This document shows positions 43,476-52,258 of a stretch of DNA of 64,000 bases, in pieces; the first letter of the stretch is position 1; each line of letters begins with the position of its first letter. Source of the DNA: an uncultured bacterium (GTDB taxonomy: Bacteria > Methylomirabilota > Methylomirabilia > Rokubacteriales > DASRDR01); assembly GCA_964463175.1 (NCBI GenBank), contig CAYXBJ010000112.1, forward strand, positions 1,331 to 65,330, read 5' to 3'. The position numbers were made by a program, and so were the translations under genes. The notes below the pieces were generated by a model. The model saw only the letters and a program-made list of their open reading frames with translations, was not told the origin of the DNA and made no database searches.

Positions 43476-45656
43476 GTGTCGGCACAGCGTCTGGCCTGTC
43501 TCTTGGTCGTCGCGTGCCTCGCCGTCCTCCCGAGCCTCGCGCAGGGTCAGGAGCGCGAGCGGCTCTCCATCGACGCCGGAACCCCGGTCACCGTCTACGC
43601 CGACCACGTCCAGAATTTGGAGCAGGAGAAGCTGCTTCTCGCCGAGGGCAACGTCCAGCTCGAGCAGGGCGACGTCCGGCTGGAGGCCGACCGAGTCGAG
43701 GTGAACACCGAGACGGGTGAGGCCGTGGCCTCCGGCCGGGTGGTTCTGTTCGACGGACGCGACCGGCTGACCGGCGAGCGCATCGAGTACAACCTCCGCT
43801 CGGCCACCGGCATCGTGTACCAAGCGGAGGCCGCCGCCGAGCCGCACTTCTTCTTCGGCGGCGAGCGCATGGAGCGCTTCGGCGACAAGGCGTACCGCAT
43901 CGCCGGCGGTGTCTTCACGACGTGCGAGGACGAGGATCCGGCGTGGTCGGTCCACCTCAACTCGGCGACGGCCTACCTGGACGACTACCTGTGGGGCACC
44001 GGCGCGGCGTTCTGGGTCTGGCGGGTGCCGCTGATCCCCTTCATCCCGTTCTTCGCGACGAGCCTGCGCAAGGACCGCCACAGCGGGCTGCTCGCGCCGA
44101 CCTTCGGCAGCAGCAGCGACAAGGGCTTCTTCGTCCGGCAGCCGGTCTACATCGTGCTGTCCGACAGCCAGGATCTGACGGTGGCGCCCGCCTGGTTCGA
44201 GAAGCGCGGCTTCGGGATGGGCGCGAACTACCGCTACGTGCGCACCGAGGGATCGCGCGGCGCGCTCGACGGGTTCTACCTCCACGACACGGAGAAGTCT
44301 CCGGACCACGGCGAGGAACGCGGAGTGGTGAGCCTCCGGCACGAGGAGGTCTTCACGCCGCGGATGAACCTGAAGGTCGACGCCGGCTACGTCAGCGACG
44401 ACAAATTCCTCAGCGAGTTCGGCAACACGCTCGACGAGCGCAGCGCCCAGCGCCTCGAGACGAACGTCTCGCTGACCCAGCGCTGGGAGAAGTGGAACTT
44501 CGTCGGCCGGCTCTTCGCCTATCAGGACCTCACCACCGACAAGCCGATCGAGCTCCAGCGGCTCCCCGACCTCCGGCTGAGCGCGTTCTCGCAGCCCATC
44601 CCGTGGATCCCCGGGATGCTCTTCGAGATGGACAGCTCCTACGTCAACTTCGTGCGCGACATCGGGTCGGGCGGCCAGCGCCTCGACTTCGAGCCCCGCG
44701 TGTCCTATCCCTTCAATCCCGGCGGCCTCTTCACGATCACCCCGCGGGTCGGCGTCCACGAGACCATCTACGACACCGAGGTCACCGGCACCAAGGTGGA
44801 GCGGGGCATCGTGGTCGAGGACACCGACAAGGCGTTCCTCGCCCGCTCCCTGCTCGAGGCCGGGGTCGATCTCGAGGCGCGCGCCTACCGGGTGTTCGAT
44901 CTCGACGGCGCGTTCGGGATCCAGAAGCTCCAGCACGTCATCGAGCCGCGGATCAGCTACAACTTCCTCGGCGGCGACGATCCGGACAACATCCCGCAAT
45001 GGGACGGGATCGACGTCATCAAGCCGAGCAACGTGGTGACCTACTCGCTCGTCAACCGGCTCAAGGCTCGCGCGGTGAGCCAGGACGACCGGCCCGGCCG
45101 CGTCTGGGAGCTCATTCGGTTCACGCTCAGCCAGACATACACCATCGACCCCACCGCGACCTCGACGACGGTCTTCGGGGTGCCCGGACAGACCACGACC
45201 ACGGTCAGCACCATCACCCCCAAGCGGCTGTCGGACCTGGGCGCGGACCTCATCTTCGAGCCGCTGTACGGCGTGCGGTTCCGGGGCACCGCGGCCTTCG
45301 ACCCCTACGACGGCAAGATCACGGCCGCCACCACCGACGTCTCCTACGAAGCGGCGCGGTGGCGGGCGGCGTTCGGCACCCGGCACGGCGAGGACGGTCG
45401 CCTCGTTTTCATCCAGGGCTCCATCCAGGCCCAGATCGGCACCCGTTGGACGGTCCGGTTCTCGAGCGACTACAACATGGATACCGGGACGGTCATCGAG
45501 AACCGCCTCGAGGTCGAGTTCCGCGAGCAGTGCTGGGGGGTGACCGCCGCCTACATCAACCGCGTGAACGAGGACGAATTCCGGATCACCATCAACCTGC
45601 TCGAATTGGGGCAATATGGGTTCGGGCGGGGGTTCAGCGGCCTGACCACACAATGA
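43476..45656 (+). CDS. lptD: LPS-assembly outer-membrane protein LptD (OstA)
   Basis: N-terminal OstA_N jellyroll region (RLSIDAGTPVTVYADHV...LEADRVEVN) followed by a large C-terminal beta-barrel. GTG start after GGGGAGG at 43476. Track ATG 43422 is also possible. Confidence 0.8.
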   Translation: MSAQRLACLLVVACLAVLPSLAQGQERERLSIDAGTPVTVYADHVQNLEQEKLLLAEGNVQLEQGDVRLEADRVEVNTETGEAVASGRVVLFDGRDRLTGERIEYNLRSATGIVYQAEAAAEPHFFFGGERMERFGDKAYRIAGGVFTTCEDEDPAWSVHLNSATAYLDDYLWGTGAAFWVWRVPLIPFIPFFATSLRKDRHSGLLAPTFGSSSDKGFFVRQPVYIVLSDSQDLTVAPAWFEKRGFGMGANYRYVRTEGSRGALDGFYLHDTEKSPDHGEERGVVSLRHEEVFTPRMNLKVDAGYVSDDKFLSEFGNTLDERSAQRLETNVSLTQRWEKWNFVGRLFAYQDLTTDKPIELQRLPDLRLSAFSQPIPWIPGMLFEMDSSYVNFVRDIGSGGQRLDFEPRVSYPFNPGGLFTITPRVGVHETIYDTEVTGTKVERGIVVEDTDKAFLARSLLEAGVDLEARAYRVFDLDGAFGIQKLQHVIEPRISYNFLGGDDPDNIPQWDGIDVIKPSNVVTYSLVNRLKARAVSQDDRPGRVWELIRFTLSQTYTIDPTATSTTVFGVPGQTTTTVSTITPKRLSDLGADLIFEPLYGVRFRGTAAFDPYDGKITAATTDVSYEAARWRAAFGTRHGEDGRLVFIQGSIQAQIGTRWTVRFSSDYNMDTGTVIENRLEVEFREQCWGVTAAYINRVNEDEFRITINLLELGQYGFGRGFSGLTTQ

Positions 45657-46762
45657 AGGTCCCTCAGTTCGACCTCACGCGCCAGTACGAGACGCTCGAG
45701 CCCGAGATCGAGTCGGCGATCCGGCACGTGCTGCGAGGAGGCCGGTTCATCCTCGGCCCCGAGGGCGAGGCCTTCGAGGCGGAGTGCGCCGCCTATCTGG
45801 GCGTGACCCACGCGATCGGCGTCGGGTCCGGCTCGGACGCGATCAAGCTCTCCTTGCAGGCGCTTGGCGTCGGCCCCGATACCGAGGTGATCACCCCCGC
45901 GTTCTCCTTCGTCGCCTCCGCGACGGCCGCCCTCGAGCTGCGGGCCCGGCCCGTCTTCGTCGACGTCGAGCCGGCCACGCTCACGCTCGATCCGGACCGC
46001 GTCGCGGACGCCATCACGCCGCGGACGCGGGTGATCCTCGCCGTCCACCTCTACGGGCTGCCGGCCGCCATGGGCCCCCTCCGGGTTCTCGCGGAGTCCC
46101 GCGGGGTGCACCTCGTGGAGGACGCCGCTCAGGCGTTCGGCGCGACCCTCGGCGGCCGGGCGGTGGGCGGGCACGGCCACGCGGCGGCGTTCAGCTTCTA
46201 CCCCACCAAGAACCTGGCGGCCTACGGCGACGCCGGCCTGGTGACGACCGCCGACGCGACGCTCGCCGGGCATCTCCGCCGGGCCCGGAACCACGGCCAG
46301 ACGCAGAAGTACCGGCATGACGAGATCGGCTGGACGGCGCGGCTCGACGAGCTCCAGGCGGCCATCCTGCGGGTGAAGCTGCGGCATCTCCCGGAGTGGA
46401 CCCGCGCCCGGCAGGCCATCGCCGCGCGGTACGGCGCGGGCCTCGCGGGACTTCCCGTTGTCCTGCCCGCCGAGCGCCCGGGCGCCACGCACGTGTACCA
46501 CCAGTACACGATCCGGACGACCCGACGGGACGCCCTCGCGGCGCACCTCACCGCCGACGGCATCGGCACCGCCTGTCACTATCCGCTGCCCATCCCCGCG
46601 CAGCCGCTCTTCCAGGAGCTGGGATACGATGCCGAGGCCTTCCCGGCGTCGTGGGCCGCCGCGCGGGAGGTGCTCTCCCTCCCGTGCTTCCCCGAGCTCC
46701 GGCCTGACGAGATCGACGCCGTCATCGCCGCCGTCCGGGGTTTCTTCGAAGGAGATCGCTGA
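45653..46762 (+). CDS. DegT/DnrJ/EryC1/StrS family PLP-dependent sugar aminotransferase (1 of 3)
   Basis: GSGSDAI...FSFYPTKNLAAYGDAG (Lys in the F-x-P-T-K context). ATGA overlap with the lptD stop. Confidence 0.85.
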   Translation: MKVPQFDLTRQYETLEPEIESAIRHVLRGGRFILGPEGEAFEAECAAYLGVTHAIGVGSGSDAIKLSLQALGVGPDTEVITPAFSFVASATAALELRARPVFVDVEPATLTLDPDRVADAITPRTRVILAVHLYGLPAAMGPLRVLAESRGVHLVEDAAQAFGATLGGRAVGGHGHAAAFSFYPTKNLAAYGDAGLVTTADATLAGHLRRARNHGQTQKYRHDEIGWTARLDELQAAILRVKLRHLPEWTRARQAIAARYGAGLAGLPVVLPAERPGATHVYHQYTIRTTRRDALAAHLTADGIGTACHYPLPIPAQPLFQELGYDAEAFPASWAAAREVLSLPCFPELRPDEIDAVIAAVRGFFEGDR

Positions 46763-47715
46763 TGCGGGTCCTGATCACCGGCTTCACCGGCTTCGTGGGG
46801 AGTCACCTCGCCGACTACCTCATCGCCCGCGGCGACATCGAGGTCTTCGGCATGCAGCGCTGGCGGAGCCGCCAGGAGAACGTCGAGCATCTCGGGACGA
46901 AGGTCCGCCGGGTCGAGTGCGACCTCCGCGACGCCGCTGCCGTCCGGCGCGCCCTGCGCGAGGTGCGCCCGGACCGGATCTTCCACCTGGCGGCCCAGAG
47001 CTACGTGCCCACGTCCTGGCTGATCCCGGGTGAGACGCTGAGCGGCAACGTGCTGGGCCAGGTAAACCTGTTCGAGGCGATGCGCGACCTCGAGCTCGGC
47101 GCCCGGGTCCACATCGCCGGCTCGAGCGAGGAGTACGGTCTCGTGCTGCCCAACGAGGTGCCGATCCGGGAGGAAAGCCCGCTCCGCCCGCTCTCGCCCT
47201 ACGCGGTCTCGAAGGTCGCCCAGGATCTCCTCGCCTATCAGTACTGGAGGAGCTACGGGCTCCACGTGGTCCGGACCCGCGGCTTCAATCACACCGGCCC
47301 GCGCCGCGGCGAGGTCTTCGTCTCCTCGAACTTCTCGCGGCAGATCGCCGAGATCGAGAAGGGCCTGCGGGAGCCCGTCGTCCGGGTCGGCAACCTCGAC
47401 TCGATCCGGGACTTCACCGACGTCCGCGACATGGTCCGGGCCTACTGGCTGGCCCTCGAGCGCGGCGCGGCGGGCGAGGTCTACAACGTCTGCTCGGGCC
47501 GCGGGTACTCGGCGCGCCAGGTGCTGGACATCCTCCTCGGGCTGAGCCACGTGAAGGTCGAGATCCAGCCGGACCCCGCCCGGATGCGACCCTCCGACGT
47601 CACACTCCTGGTCGGCGACTACTCGAAGTTCCGGAGCGCCACCGGCTGGGAGCCCACCATCCCGTTCGAGGTGACGCTCACGGATCTCCTCGAGCACTGG
47701 CGCAAGCGCGTCTAG
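46762..47715 (+). CDS. NAD(P)-dependent NDP-sugar epimerase/dehydratase/reductase (GDP-4-keto-6-deoxymannose reductase Rmd-like), paralog 1
   Basis: ITGFTGFVGSHL Rossmann motif. YxxxK (YAVSK). AGGAGA RBS. 1-nt overlap with degT stop. Confidence 0.8.
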   Translation: MRVLITGFTGFVGSHLADYLIARGDIEVFGMQRWRSRQENVEHLGTKVRRVECDLRDAAAVRRALREVRPDRIFHLAAQSYVPTSWLIPGETLSGNVLGQVNLFEAMRDLELGARVHIAGSSEEYGLVLPNEVPIREESPLRPLSPYAVSKVAQDLLAYQYWRSYGLHVVRTRGFNHTGPRRGEVFVSSNFSRQIAEIEKGLREPVVRVGNLDSIRDFTDVRDMVRAYWLALERGAAGEVYNVCSGRGYSARQVLDILLGLSHVKVEIQPDPARMRPSDVTLLVGDYSKFRSATGWEPTIPFEVTLTDLLEHWRKRV

Positions 47716-47727
47716 GCAGCGCGGCGC

Positions 47728-48672
47728 GTGAAGGTCCTCATCACCGGCGTCGCCGGCTTCGCCGGCAGTCACCTCGCGGAGCTGGCGCTCCACGAGGGGG
47801 CGGAGGTCGTGGGCACCGTTCTGCCGGGCGCGCCGACCGACAATCTCGCCGCGCTGCAGAAGGATGTGGCGACGGTCGTCTGCGACCTGACGGAGCCCGG
47901 CGCGGCGGCGGCGGTGCTGCGGGCCACACGCCCCGACCGCGTCTTTCATCTCGCCGGGGCCTCGGTCGTGGGCACCTCGTGGGCCCTCCGGGCCGACGTC
48001 CTCCGGACCAACCTCGAGGCCACGTACCAGCTCTGCGAGGGACTCCGCGGCCATCCGGTGCCCTCCCTCCTGGTCTCCTCCGGCGAGGTCTACGGGGTCG
48101 TGCCCGAGTCGGAGCAGCCGATCTCCGAGACGCGGCGGTGGGCCCCGAGCTCGCCGTACGCCCTGTCGAAGGCCTCCCAGGAGCTGTACGCGGGGTACTA
48201 CGTCCGCGCGGAGGGCCTGCCGCTGGTGATCGTCCGCGCCTTCAACCAGGTCGGCCCGCGACAGGGGCTCGGCTTCGTCTGGAGCGACGTGGCCCGGCAG
48301 GTCGCCGAGATCGAGCGCGGGCGCTCGGCCGCGGTCCTCGAGGTCGGCACCACGACCACGCGGCGCGACTTCACCGACGTGCGCGACATGGTCCGGGCGT
48401 ACTGGCTGCTGCTCGGCCGCGGCGATCCGGGCTGGACCTACAACGCGGCCTCCGGCCAGGCCACGTCGATCCGGCAGGTCATCGATGGCTTCCTCGCCCT
48501 CGCCTCACGCCCGATCGAGGTGCGTCAGGTCCCCGCGCGCGTGCGCCCCATCGACACCCCCCTCCTGGTCGGGGACGCGAGCCGGCTCCGGGCGCTGACC
48601 GGCTGGGCGCCATCCATCCCGCTCCACCAGAGCCTCGAGGACACGCTCGACGACTGGCGCCGCCGCGTTTGA
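47728..48672 (+). CDS. NAD(P)-dependent NDP-sugar epimerase/dehydratase/reductase, paralog 2
   Basis: ITGVAGFAGSHL, YALSK. Approximately 45% identical to paralog 1 by eye. GTG start 47728. Confidence 0.8.
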   Translation: MKVLITGVAGFAGSHLAELALHEGAEVVGTVLPGAPTDNLAALQKDVATVVCDLTEPGAAAAVLRATRPDRVFHLAGASVVGTSWALRADVLRTNLEATYQLCEGLRGHPVPSLLVSSGEVYGVVPESEQPISETRRWAPSSPYALSKASQELYAGYYVRAEGLPLVIVRAFNQVGPRQGLGFVWSDVARQVAEIERGRSAAVLEVGTTTTRRDFTDVRDMVRAYWLLLGRGDPGWTYNAASGQATSIRQVIDGFLALASRPIEVRQVPARVRPIDTPLLVGDASRLRALTGWAPSIPLHQSLEDTLDDWRRRV

Positions 48673-48709
48673 CCGGACGCCCCGGCCTCCGGCGGTAGAA
48701 TGAAGGGTC

Positions 48710-49516
48710 ATGGCGGGGCACCTGGCTGACCTGTACCGCTACCGCGCGCTCCTCGGAACGCTCGTCCTCCGCGAGCTCCGGGCGCGCTACCGGGGCTCGT
48801 TCCTGGGGTTCCTCTGGTCCTTCCTGAATCCGCTGCTCCTCATGCTGGTGTACGCCCTCGTCTTCTCCATCTACCTCCGGGTGCCGATGGAGGGGTACGC
48901 GGTCTTCCTCTTCTCCGGGCTCCTGCCCTGGCTCTGGTTCTCGTCCTCGCTGGGGCACTCCGCCGGCGTGATCGTGGCCTCGGGGGCGCTGGTCAAGCGG
49001 ATCCTCTTCCCCGCCGAGATCCTGCCGGTGGTCTCGGTGCTGGCGAACCTGATCAACATGCTGCTGTCGTTCCCCCTCCTGTTCGGGTTCCTCCTCGTCT
49101 TCGGGATCCGCCCGCACGGCGTCCTCCTGTTCCTGCCGATCCTCGTCGTGCTCCAGCTGCTCTTCACCACCGGGCTCGCGCTGGCGCTCGCGGCGCTCAA
49201 CGTCCACCTCCGGGACGTGGAGCAGATCCTGACGAACGCGCTGACCCTGCTGTTCTTCCTGTCGCCGATCCTCTATCCGGTGTCGACGGTCCCGACGACG
49301 CTCCACCTCGGCAGCACGATCGAGCTCCCGCTCCGGCCGCTCTACTTCCTCAACCCGATCGCCGGGCTCGTCCAGAGCTACCAGAACATCTTCTTCTTCG
49401 GTCGCCAGCCGCACTGGATCCACCTGGGAACCGTGAGCATCTACGCCGTCCTCGCCTTGCTGGGCGGCTGGTGGGTGTTCGACCGTCTGCGCGACAGCCT
49501 CGCCGAGGAGGTCTGA
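48710..49516 (+). CDS. wzm: ABC-2 type polysaccharide export permease (Wzm)
   Basis: Six TM helices. N-terminal amphipathic LYRYRALLGTLVLRELRARYRGSFLGFLW is typical of Wzm/TagG. Confidence 0.85.
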   Translation: MAGHLADLYRYRALLGTLVLRELRARYRGSFLGFLWSFLNPLLLMLVYALVFSIYLRVPMEGYAVFLFSGLLPWLWFSSSLGHSAGVIVASGALVKRILFPAEILPVVSVLANLINMLLSFPLLFGFLLVFGIRPHGVLLFLPILVVLQLLFTTGLALALAALNVHLRDVEQILTNALTLLFFLSPILYPVSTVPTTLHLGSTIELPLRPLYFLNPIAGLVQSYQNIFFFGRQPHWIHLGTVSIYAVLALLGGWWVFDRLRDSLAEEV

Positions 49517-49520
49517 CGCC

Positions 49521-50804
49521 GTGAGCGGACCGTCCGCGCTCGCGGAGACCGCCATCGCGCTCCGGGACGTCTCGAAGCGGTTCCGGCTCTACCGGGGGCG
49601 CCACGTCTCGACCGTGAAGGACCTCTTCGTCCGCCTGGTGGTCGGCCAGGGCGGGCCCGGCCTGTTCTCGGGCGAGGAGCTCTGGGCGCTCCGGGACCTG
49701 ACCCTCGAGCTTGGCCGGGGGCGCATGGTCGGGATCGTCGGCTCGAACGGCTCCGGGAAGTCGACCCTGCTCAAGGTCCTCGGAGGCATCCTCAAGCCGA
49801 CCACCGGCCAGGTCTCGGTGCGCGGGCGGGTGTCCGCCCTGATCGAGCTGGGCGCGGGCTTCCACCCGGAGTTCACCGGGCGCGAGAACGTCTACATCAA
49901 CGGCGTGCTCCTCGGGCTGTCCCGCGCGGAGATCCGCGCGCGCTTCGATGAGATCGTCGCCTTCGCCGGGCTCGAGGCGTTCGTGGACAGCCCCGTGAAG
50001 ACGTACTCCTCGGGAATGTACATGCGGCTCGGCTTCGCGATCGCGGTCACCGTGGACCCGGACGTCCTGCTGATCGACGAGGTGCTGGCCGTCGGCGACG
50101 AGGCCTTCCAGCACCGCTGCGTCGGCAAGATCCAGGAGTTCAAGGCTGCCGGGAAGACGATCGTGCTCGTCTCCCACGACCTCGGGAGCATCGAGCGACT
50201 CTGCGACGAGGTGGTCTGGCTGGATCACGGGCGGCTCCAGGCCCACGGCGAGGCGCGCGAGGTCGTGAGCCGCTACCTCGACCACGTGGCGCGCGAGGAG
50301 GCCCGGGCGCTCGGCGTCGAGCACACCGAGGCGGAGGCGGTCGCGCGGACCGGGACCGGCGCGCGCTGGGGAACCCGCGAGGTCGAACTGACCCGCGTCC
50401 AGCTGGCCGGGCGCGACGGCCTGGAGCGCTACCTCTTCGAGACCGGCGAGCCCTGCGCCGTGCACCTCGCCTACCGGGCCCACCGGCCGATCGAGGACCC
50501 GGTGTTCGGTGTCGGCATCTTCCGGAAGGACGGGGTCTGCTGCTACGGCACCAACACCGCGGTGGAGGGCCTCAACTGGGGCAAGGTCGATGGCGAGGGC
50601 GCCGTCACCATGCAGATCGAGCGGCTCGATCTGATCGAGGGCGACTATCTCCTCGACGTCGCCGTGCACGCGCGCGACGGCCATCCGTACGACTATCACA
50701 GCCGCCTCTACGGCTTCGCGGTGCGCTCCCGGGTGCGCGACACGGGCGTCGCGCGGCTCGGACACCGGTGGCGCCTCCAGCCGGGCAGCGGAGACGGGCC
50801 GTGA
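49521..50804 (+). CDS. wzt: Polysaccharide ABC exporter ATP-binding protein Wzt with C-terminal glycan-terminus-binding extension
   Basis: Walker A GSNGSGKST, ABC signature YSSGM, Walker B LLIDE. About 180-aa C-terminal extension beyond the NBD, as in Wzt proteins with a carbohydrate-binding domain. Confidence 0.85.
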   Translation: MSGPSALAETAIALRDVSKRFRLYRGRHVSTVKDLFVRLVVGQGGPGLFSGEELWALRDLTLELGRGRMVGIVGSNGSGKSTLLKVLGGILKPTTGQVSVRGRVSALIELGAGFHPEFTGRENVYINGVLLGLSRAEIRARFDEIVAFAGLEAFVDSPVKTYSSGMYMRLGFAIAVTVDPDVLLIDEVLAVGDEAFQHRCVGKIQEFKAAGKTIVLVSHDLGSIERLCDEVVWLDHGRLQAHGEAREVVSRYLDHVAREEARALGVEHTEAEAVARTGTGARWGTREVELTRVQLAGRDGLERYLFETGEPCAVHLAYRAHRPIEDPVFGVGIFRKDGVCCYGTNTAVEGLNWGKVDGEGAVTMQIERLDLIEGDYLLDVAVHARDGHPYDYHSRLYGFAVRSRVRDTGVARLGHRWRLQPGSGDGP

Positions 50805-50847
50805 CAGCCCTGACCACCGCACGCCGCGCACCCTGTCGGAACGCGCC

Positions 50848-50900
50848 GTGACCGACCCGCGCGTGACGCCGCCGGCCGCCACAGGCCGAAGGCCGTCCGA
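50848..50900 (+). repeat. Degenerate upstream copy of the methyltransferase gene 5' end (gtgaccgacccgcgcgtgac...ccacaggccgaaggccgtccga)
   Basis: Shares the same 26-bp motif as 50951-50977 and 61511-61537. Reads VTDPRVTPPAATGRRPSDR* in frame. Confidence 0.5.
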
Positions 50901-50923
50901 TAGACGAAAGCGCGGCATGGACC

Positions 50924-52258
50924 GTGACCGTGACTGACCCACGCGTGACACCACAGGCCGAAGGCCGTCCGGTCGACGCGGGCCGCCTCATGGAGGAGAT
51001 CAAGGAGCGCGTGCGGGAGCGCCGCGCCTCCGGCTTCTACTCCGAGGACGAGGTCCGGCGCATCACCCAAATGGAGATCGAGCTGGCGGAGAGCGCGCCG
51101 GCGTTCCAGGACGAGCTGGAGGGCCATCTCGAGCAGCTGAACGACGGCTGGGATACCGCCGCGGAGCCGGTCATCACGTCCCACCGCGGCGGCATCGGCG
51201 GGGTCATCGTCGGGGCCAAGAAGCTCCTCCGGCGGGTCACCCGGCCCTACATCACCCTCATCCTCGCGCGCCAGGTCGAGTTCAACAGCGCGCTCCTCCA
51301 TCTCCTGAACGCGTTCGTCCTGCCGGTGCGCGACGCGCTCGCCACGCTCACCCGGCGTCACGAGGACCTCTCCCTCGATCTCCAGGAGCGGCTGACGGTC
51401 GAGCACGGCGAGCGCCGTCGGAAGGAGCAGGAGGTCGCCGAGCAGCTCGGCGTCCTCACCGCTCGTCTCGAAGCCCTCCGGGCCGAGATGGACCGCGTGC
51501 GGCGGCCGGCCCCGGCGATGGCGCTGCCCCCGACGCCGGCGGTGCCGGCCGGACTCGGTGCGCTCCCGGCCGCCGCCTACGTGCGCTTCGAGGATCGCCA
51601 TCGCGGGACCGCCGAAGAGATCCGCGAGCGCCAGCGCGTCTACCTCGATCTCTTCGCCGGCGCCGGGCGCGTCCTGGACGTCGGCTGCGGGCGCGGGGAG
51701 TTCCTCGAGCTGTGTCGCGACGCGGGAATCGACGCGCGGGGCATCGACCTCGACCCTGCGATGGTCGCGCGCTGCCGCGAGGCCGGCCTCGCCGCGGAGC
51801 AGGCGGACGCGCTCGCCTACCTGGACGCCCTGCCGGACGGCGCGCTCGGCGGGATCTTCTCCGCCCAGGTGATCGAGCACATCCCGCCCGAGGCCCTCAT
51901 CGCCCTGGTGCGGCTCGCTCAGCGGAAGCTCCGGCCGGGCGGCGTGCTGCTCTGCGAGACCCCGAACCCGGCCTGTCTCACCGTGTTCTCCGGCGCGTTC
52001 TACGTCGACCTCTCGCACGTGAAGCCCATCCACCCCGAGGCGGCGCGCTTTGTGCTGGAGGCCGCGGGCTTCCGCGACGTCGAGATCCGATACGTGAACC
52101 CGGTGCCGCCGGACGGAAAGCTCCAGCGGCTCGAGCCCTTCTGGTACATGCGCCGGTACGAAGAGGTCTTCCTGGGCCAGATCAATGACAACTTCGAGCG
52201 GCTGAACCAGCTCCTCTGGGGCGCGCAGGACTACGCCGTGATCGGCCGGCGCCCGTGA
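50924..52258 (+). CDS. Class I SAM-dependent methyltransferase with long N-terminal coiled-coil region (WbdD-like candidate glycan chain terminator)
   Basis: C-terminal VLDVGCGRGEF (motif I) ...LRPGGVLL. N-terminal ~200 aa predicted coiled coil. Start is GTG 50924 (per track) or ATG 50990 (MEEIKERV). Confidence 0.7.
   Translation: MTVTDPRVTPQAEGRPVDAGRLMEEIKERVRERRASGFYSEDEVRRITQMEIELAESAPAFQDELEGHLEQLNDGWDTAAEPVITSHRGGIGGVIVGAKKLLRRVTRPYITLILARQVEFNSALLHLLNAFVLPVRDALATLTRRHEDLSLDLQERLTVEHGERRRKEQEVAEQLGVLTARLEALRAEMDRVRRPAPAMALPPTPAVPAGLGALPAAAYVRFEDRHRGTAEEIRERQRVYLDLFAGAGRVLDVGCGRGEFLELCRDAGIDARGIDLDPAMVARCREAGLAAEQADALAYLDALPDGALGGIFSAQVIEHIPPEALIALVRLAQRKLRPGGVLLCETPNPACLTVFSGAFYVDLSHVKPIHPEAARFVLEAAGFRDVEIRYVNPVPPDGKLQRLEPFWYMRRYEEVFLGQINDNFERLNQLLWGAQDYAVIGRRP

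Noticed and set aside
43922-46762. 946-aa plus-strand ORF running through lptD into degT
   Set aside because: Only the last 369 codons (from ATG 45653) are real (DegT aminotransferase). The upstream two-thirds is an out-of-frame shadow of lptD with Arg/Gly-rich translation.
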